From: a virus
Lineage: Duplodnaviria; Caudoviricetes
Reading direction: 5' to 3' (one strand)
Virus record (IMG/VR): IMGVR_UViG_2671180612_000001
Coordinates: 1-64,000 of that record
Length of the DNA stretch: 64,000 nt
Part shown: one piece after another, positions 58,963-64,000 of the stretch
Numbering within the stretch: the stretch's first letter is position 1
How the letters are laid out: each line of letters starts with the position of its first letter
The notes under the pieces: model-generated
Seen by the model: the letters and a program-made list of their open reading frames with translations, nothing else
Told to the model about the DNA's origin: nothing
The model's database searches: none
Position numbers and translations under genes: made by a program

Positions 58963-59346
58963 CGCTTCGATTAAGGGCGATGGACCTTTACACAGAGGTC
59001 CAGTCCGACCCAGGCCAGGCTGACAAGCGTAAACCAGGCGGTTGACGCAAACCCTTGTGAGACTGGAAACGACCTTTACGCGAGCTTTACGCCCGGAGAA
59101 CCTGAAACCTCGATTTCGGGAAAGACGTAAACGTCGACCCGATCGCGCGCACAGACCAAGAGAACAGACCAGCGCAGCGCAAAGAGCACCAGAAACGCAC
59201 AGAGCAGCTCACCAGCGCGATCCAAGCGTCTGACGCGCACAGAGAGAGCGAAACACTCGGGAAGCTATTCAGCGACGAACCCTGACGATTTCGAGAAAAC
59301 AGACCAAACGCATACCCCGCAGCATCGAAAACATATCCGAGATCAT

Positions 59347-59475
59347 CACCCATAGAGAGCGACAGAGCACGCAGACCCATAAGAGACGCATGAGCACCGG
59401 AAAGCAGCACAGCACCCATAGAGAGGGACAAGCGCACGCTTCCGGCATGTGAGAGCAGAGAGCACGCATAGAGGG
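59347..59475. repeat. CACCCATAGAGAG-type direct repeats in a T-poor non-coding tract
   Basis: Exact copies at 59347 and 59413; variants near 59375 and 59463. Confidence 0.55.
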
Positions 59476-59731
59476 GCATAGGGGGAGATAGTGAGCTGGT
59501 CTGGTGGGGTTGGCGCCTCGCCACAAACAGCCTCGAACTTCCAGACCGACCACCTCAACCCGAACGCACGCGCCGTAAGCATCCGCTTTCAATCCACACG
59601 CGCTCATGAGACAAACGATCAACGACGCTTGCAGAGCTGGGCGAGCGTTCGTGTGTTGCTGACGGCAACGTCGAGGTCCACCAGCTACCAGCCGGTCTCC
59701 GGCTACCTGATCCGACAACGCCACAATTTCA

Positions 59732-59771
59732 GGGCTCGCTTGATCCTACGGGGTCGGCGAGCCTCTTTTTT
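59732..59771 (+). terminator. Intrinsic terminator with no adjacent CDS
   Basis: GGCTCGCTTGATCC-tacg-GGGTCGGCGAGCC followed by a T run. Confidence 0.65.
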
Positions 59772-60240
59772 GGCTGACGGAAAAATTAGGAACGGAGGCA
59801 CTCCCCTGTAGGAGCATAGCCGTCACGGGGAACCCATGCCCCGCGTCCTTGGAACGCCGATCCCCACACGAGCCGGAGATCCATGGGTTTCCACGGCGCC
59901 CCGTGGTTTTCCGAGGAGGCCCGCGGGGTTTCCCGTGCCGGAGACGTCCGCCCCTAATCGCCTCTCGTCTACATTAGAAACCTGTCTAGTAGATAACTTA
60001 CCTTTGTAGGTGAGTGGCATTTAGCTCCGGCGCGATCCTTTGCACGGAAACGCGCTCACGCACGACGGCTCCCGGCCCGCTCCTAAGTAATTCCTTCCGT
60101 ATATCCGCCCGAAACGCGCCGACAAGACCCCGCGACTACACGCTTCAAGCCCATATCGTGATGCTTCATATTCACAATGCAAGCAACGAAGAAAACAAGA
60201 GCTTGCAAGCGATAGCAACGCACACACAAGGGTTTATCAA

Positions 60241-61110
60241 ATGTCGAAGCGCACCGCGAAGAACACCGCCGCCCAGATCGAGAACGTCGTCCTCGAGGGC
60301 GAGATCATCGCTCCGGTCGTCGAGCAGATCACCGAGACCAACGAGCCCACGGAAGCCGAGCTCGACGCCATCGAGACCGCCGAGGTCCAGTCCGAAGCCT
60401 ACCAGGCCCAGGCGTCCGAGATCGACGAGGTCAACCCGGACCAGGCACCGGCAGGCGACGAGCCCGAGCTCCTCACCGACGAGCCGGAGCAGAAGACGCT
60501 CGCCCAGATGATCGAGGGCATCGAGCGCGACCACGCCGTCGCCATGCAGCACCACATCGCCGCGGAGATCGACGACCGCATGGACTACGAGAGCGACAAG
60601 GGGAACGAGACGATCCAGCGCTCCTTGAAGAGCTCCCGCGCGAAGATGACCACCGACCTCCTCGCCGCCTACGCCTTTGCCGCGACGAGCGTCGACCCGT
60701 CGGTCTTCAACGTCGGACGCGCCTCGACGAACCGCTACAACGTCTACGCCATCGACAAGGTCGCGGACCTGGCGCGCTCGCTCGCCTCGGGGCACTTCAT
60801 GAAGAACGCCATCAACCGCGCTGTGTGCCGCTCGCTCTTCACGTTCCGCCACTCCGGCGAGCGCTTCACGATGGAGATCGCCAAGGCAGCGTGCTCCGAC
60901 AAGATCCGCGTGTCGCCGGCGATCTCGCGCCATCTGATCCGTCACACGGTCTCGGCGTCGACCGCGCCCACCCAGGCGTCGTCCACCATGCAGGCCCTCG
61001 AGACGCTCGGCATCGTCAAGAACGTCGGCACCGCCCGCGGCGCCGTCTACGAGCTGACCGACACGGCGCAGGCGCGCGCCCTCGAGGAGCTCTGCACGAA
61101 GGCAGCGTAA
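60241..61110 (+). CDS. Hypothetical protein: acidic N-terminus plus conserved domain paralogous to 63096-63692
   Basis: Typical codon usage; NVYAIDK, AKAAC, STAPTQASSTMQAL; hairpin terminator at about 61122-61144. Confidence 0.8.
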   Translation: MSKRTAKNTAAQIENVVLEGEIIAPVVEQITETNEPTEAELDAIETAEVQSEAYQAQASEIDEVNPDQAPAGDEPELLTDEPEQKTLAQMIEGIERDHAVAMQHHIAAEIDDRMDYESDKGNETIQRSLKSSRAKMTTDLLAAYAFAATSVDPSVFNVGRASTNRYNVYAIDKVADLARSLASGHFMKNAINRAVCRSLFTFRHSGERFTMEIAKAACSDKIRVSPAISRHLIRHTVSASTAPTQASSTMQALETLGIVKNVGTARGAVYELTDTAQARALEELCTKAA

Positions 61111-61322
61111 GGGAGAGGAGGGAAAGGTGCTTCGGCGCCTTTTCTTTGCGCCTGGCTCGCGGGGCGGTTTGGTATGGCTGGGACTAAATGGGAGCCGCCC
61201 TGTGTCGCGGGGTTTTTAGGAACGGGGCGCTCCCCTGTGTAGGCGAGGACACCGTCGGGCCGGCGCGGTAGACAGAGGAAAGCCGTGGGTGCCCACGGGA
61301 GCCGCCGAGCCGGAGGAATGCC

Positions 61323-61541
61323 ATGGAACTGATCCTCGACATGCAGGCAGAGGAAGGGGAATCGCAGCAGGAGTTGGACGCTCTCATCACCCTGGCCTTC
61401 ATTTACAAGCTGAAGGTCAAGACGGAAGGAGGCGGGAAAGCAGAGCGCCCCTTCGCACGGGTTCATGGGGTAATCGACCCTGCCGTCTTGCATCGGATCC
61501 TGTCGGAGATGCAGCCGGACCCGAAGCCTGAAAGCCCCTGA
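61323..61541 (+). CDS. Hypothetical protein
   Basis: GGAGG RBS. Confidence 0.45.
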   Translation: MELILDMQAEEGESQQELDALITLAFIYKLKVKTEGGGKAERPFARVHGVIDPAVLHRILSEMQPDPKPESP

Positions 61542-61613
61542 ACAAGCGTCTGTGACCCCATAGCGAGCAATGCGACTCTCATCGTGTCAGCAACACGAGA
61601 GCGAGACATCGCC

Positions 61614-61862
61614 ATGCAGATCGCACAAGCTCCCCAGACGCCCGCCGAGATCGCTGCCCTCCGGATCTCCCTCGACTTCCTGTCGTTCCAGCAGGGCCAC
61701 TTCGAGCCCTACAACCCCAAGCGCGTCGCGCGCACCATCGGCGAGATCCGGCGCCGGCGCGCCCTCGAGCTCCAGACCCAGCGTGCCGCGCACCTCATCA
61801 AGCGAATGTGCATGGGACTGGTCCTAGTCCTGGCAGGCGCAGGCGTGGTCTCTCTCCTCTAG
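61614..61862 (+). CDS. Hypothetical protein with C-terminal TM segment
   Basis: Preceded by the TCAGCAACAC leader motif. Confidence 0.55.
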   Translation: MQIAQAPQTPAEIAALRISLDFLSFQQGHFEPYNPKRVARTIGEIRRRRALELQTQRAAHLIKRMCMGLVLVLAGAGVVSLL

Positions 61863-62144
61863 GCGCCTGTCACAACCTGCAGGCGCTCAACGCGGGCCAG
61901 GCGAGTCACCCAACAGCTCGACCTGGTCCGCACCCGTCCAGGCCCGTCCAGGTCCAGTAAGGCCAGGCACGGGTCTTTTCGCGTCAGGCTGCGCCCCGCG
62001 GGCCTCCTCGGCGGCTCCCGGCCGAGCTCTTCCCCACCAGACACCTCTCGACCGCGCTCAACGTGCCGTCGCTGCACGCTTATAGCCCGTAAGTCGCTGA
62101 TTTATATTCATAATTGTCAGCAACACGAAACGAGAGAGTTTCAC

Positions 62145-62483
62145 ATGACCCGCACTGCTTCGCTCAACGCTTCCGCCTCGATCGTCGCTCGCTTCGCCGA
62201 TGCCATCGAGCTTGCCGATGCGTTCAAGGTCGATCATGTGCCCGCCAACATCGACGCCGACCTGTTCAAGCGCTCGTCCGAGGGAACGCTGCGCTCCGCT
62301 GGCGACCGCTTCCGGCTCGCGATCCAGCATTCCGGACTGTCGCCCGACGACATGCCTGCTATTCGTGACCAGGGGATGCAGCTCGTCGAGGAGCGCAAGC
62401 GCATTCGCCGGGAAGAAGCCGCTCACCGTGCCGCCAAGCGTGAAGCCGCGCTCGCGAGCCGGGAAGAGCGCGAATACGCTTAG
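62145..62483 (+). CDS. Hypothetical protein
   Basis: AT-rich upstream region and TCAGCAACAC leader motif. Confidence 0.65.
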   Translation: MTRTASLNASASIVARFADAIELADAFKVDHVPANIDADLFKRSSEGTLRSAGDRFRLAIQHSGLSPDDMPAIRDQGMQLVEERKRIRREEAAHRAAKREAALASREEREYA

Positions 62484-62823
62484 ATCCAGCCTAGCGGAGA
62501 GCGTCGCGTCACAGCGGCGCTTTCTTGTGGGCTGGGCGAGCGGGACGGGTCGGGGCGGAGACGGATCAAGGGGGCGGGGAGGGGACGCGCCTGCCTCGAG
62601 GAATTTTGGAACGGCTGGGCTAAATGGGACTCGGGGAAACGACTGCGGGGCGTCGTTTCCCCTTGTTGCCGCCGGCCCACCTCCGACTGCCCCGTGGGTG
62701 CCCGCGGCGAATACCGTGCCAACGGAAATTAGGAACGGGGAGGAAAGGACGTGGGCGCCCAAGATCCGGACGGGGATGGGCCTATGCGGCGCCCCGAGGG
62801 CGCCCGCGGGGCGGGGGCGCGCG

Positions 62824-62942
62824 TAGGACGCCCCGCGACGGGGAGCAAATCACAAAACCGGGGCAACGCGTAGCTGACTACGGGTCAGTCGGGGCGCGCG
62901 ACTAGGACGACGCGCGTCGGGGAGCAAGTCACGAAAGCGGGG
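62824..62942. repeat. Two imperfect 40-bp direct repeats
   Basis: TAGGACG...CGGGGAGCAARTCACRAAA.CGGGG at 62824-62863 and 62903-62942. Confidence 0.65.
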
Positions 62943-63005
62943 CTCACAGGGGCGTGACGCAATTCATTTTCGTTCGTCGCGACTCATTCCTTTTCGTTTT
63001 TGCGT

Positions 63006-63021
63006 AAGTAAGCGCTTGCTT
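63006..63021. promoter_or_regulatory. Palindromic operator copy (AAGTAAGCGCTTGCTT)
   Basis: Upstream of the GG/CC-free gene, near a TATAAA -10-like element. Confidence 0.7.
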
Positions 63022-63095
63022 ATTCATGTGCGTCGTATAAATTCATTTGTGTCGCACACAGACGACATCAGCAACACACAAAGAAAGACACTCAC

Positions 63096-63692
63096 ATGAC
63101 GCAGATCGCTTCTAACGACTTCGCTGCTAAGCTCGCTGCATACGCTGACGCTGCTAAGCTCAACATCGTGACGCGCAAAGACAAAGTGTCTGACGCGAAC
63201 GCTAAGCACTTCGATCGCTCGATCGCGATGCTTGCGAATGAGACGATCGCACAAGCTCTTATCGCTGCTGACGTCGATGCGTCGCGCTACACGTCGCAAG
63301 TCTATGCGTTCAAGAAAGAGAACGCTATTCTTGACTATCTCTTCAATAATAAGACGATGCAGAACTATATCGCAGAGATTTTTGTCAGCGCGTTTCGTAA
63401 GCATCACGTCAAGAACGCAGCGTTGACGAAGAGCGAAGCGAAGCTTGCGCTTAACAAGTCTGCGAAGCTTAGCGAAAGCGAAGCAACGTATATCGTGCAA
63501 CAGTCGAAAATCATCGATGAAAGCACTGTGAACGCGCAGCATAAGACGACGCTAGACGCTTTCGTCAATCTGCGTATGTTCTCGCAAGTCTCGACGTTCG
63601 AAACGCGCGACGCTTACGCAATCAATCTCGAAAGCGACATGACGCAGCGCATGATTGCGCGTCTTAACATCGCTGATATGTTCGCTGCGTAA
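63096..63692 (+). CDS. 198-aa Gly/Pro/Trp-free protein encoded without GG/CC; paralog of 60241-61110
   Basis: Intact ORF with operator, leader motif and terminator hairpin; collinear similarity to the 60241 C-terminal domain. Confidence 0.85.
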   Translation: MTQIASNDFAAKLAAYADAAKLNIVTRKDKVSDANAKHFDRSIAMLANETIAQALIAADVDASRYTSQVYAFKKENAILDYLFNNKTMQNYIAEIFVSAFRKHHVKNAALTKSEAKLALNKSAKLSESEATYIVQQSKIIDESTVNAQHKTTLDAFVNLRMFSQVSTFETRDAYAINLESDMTQRMIARLNIADMFAA

Positions 63693-63708
63693 ATCGACAC
63701 AGACGCTC

Positions 63709-63735
63709 GCTGACGCGCTTCGATAGCGCGTCAGC
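63709..63735 (+). terminator. Hairpin after the GG/CC-free gene
   Basis: GCTGACGCGCT-tcgat-AGCGCGTCAGC perfect 11-bp stem, itself GG/CC-free; no clear U tract. Confidence 0.55.
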
Positions 63736-64000
63736 TACTCGCGAAGCTCTCACGCTCAAACGCTCGCTCTTGAGCTTCTATGACGATCCCAGAGCGTGAG
63801 ACACCCCAGCCACAGCGCGCGACACTCGCCCAATCCCTCCTCGCGCATCGCGTGACATCGGGGACACAGCCCCAGGGGACGACGTGTGCTGGGTGGACAC
63901 ACTCTGTTGCACGGGGACCATGTGGCGGGAAGGACACGAGGTCCTAGAAGCCCCGCCACAGGTCGAAGGGGATGCCTTTTGAGGGCGAGACACTCCCCGG

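Larger units (their letters stand above)
62990..63788. other. GG/CC-dinucleotide-free segment (about 800 bp)
   Basis: Read line by line including block junctions: no GG and no CC between the CC at 62989-62990 and the CCC at 63788-63790. Confidence 0.92.

Noticed and set aside
59140-59480. Possible CRISPR array
   Set aside because: Repeats are short, degenerate and irregularly spaced, and no cas genes are present.
63024-63542. 172-aa minus-strand ORF inside the GG/CC-free tract
   Set aside because: Antisense shadow. The plus-strand ORF has the operator, leader, hairpin and a paralog.
63096-63692. tRNA- or amino-acid-level explanation for the missing Gly, Pro and Trp
   Set aside because: GG/CC is also absent from synonymous positions, codon junctions and non-coding flanks, so the constraint is on nucleotides.
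1-64000. tRNA, rRNA, integrase, transposase or virion structural genes
   Set aside because: None recognised by eye; tRNAscan and HMM searches would be needed to exclude them.

Overview
This GC-rich window is the replication, recombination, nucleotide-metabolism and early-gene portion of a large temperate phage or phage-plasmid. The gene set is an XRE regulator, CobT/CobS-like vWA and AAA pair, sigma-like protein, DnaE fused to a UDG-like domain, gp32-like SSB, 5'-3' exonuclease, RecA, SbcCD, RuvC, NrdAB, ThyX, dUTPase, rIIA/rIIB, DnaQ-like exonuclease, RNase H, a DUF4942 methyltransferase and Phd/Doc. This resembles SSU5/pHCM2/RHEph10-type phage-plasmids, and the GAAC-N7-GAAC SOS boxes point to an alphaproteobacterial host (both are inferences). 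No virion, terminase, integrase or Rep genes were recognised. The most striking feature is a ~800-bp unit (62990-63788) holding an operator, leader, 198-aa gene and terminator hairpin with no GG or CC dinucleotide. Its protein therefore has no Gly, Pro or Trp. It is flanked by G/C-run-rich non-coding DNA and has a normally encoded paralog about 2 kb upstream. Other hidden structure: about 25 copies of a 16-bp palindrome (AAGTAAgcgcTTACTT), about 13 arrays of an 8-bp phased GAAATCNN repeat, a shared C-terminal FGMF-type tail on four unrelated proteins, and two LexA-type boxes. All calls come from reading the sequence and ORF track by eye; no searches were run.
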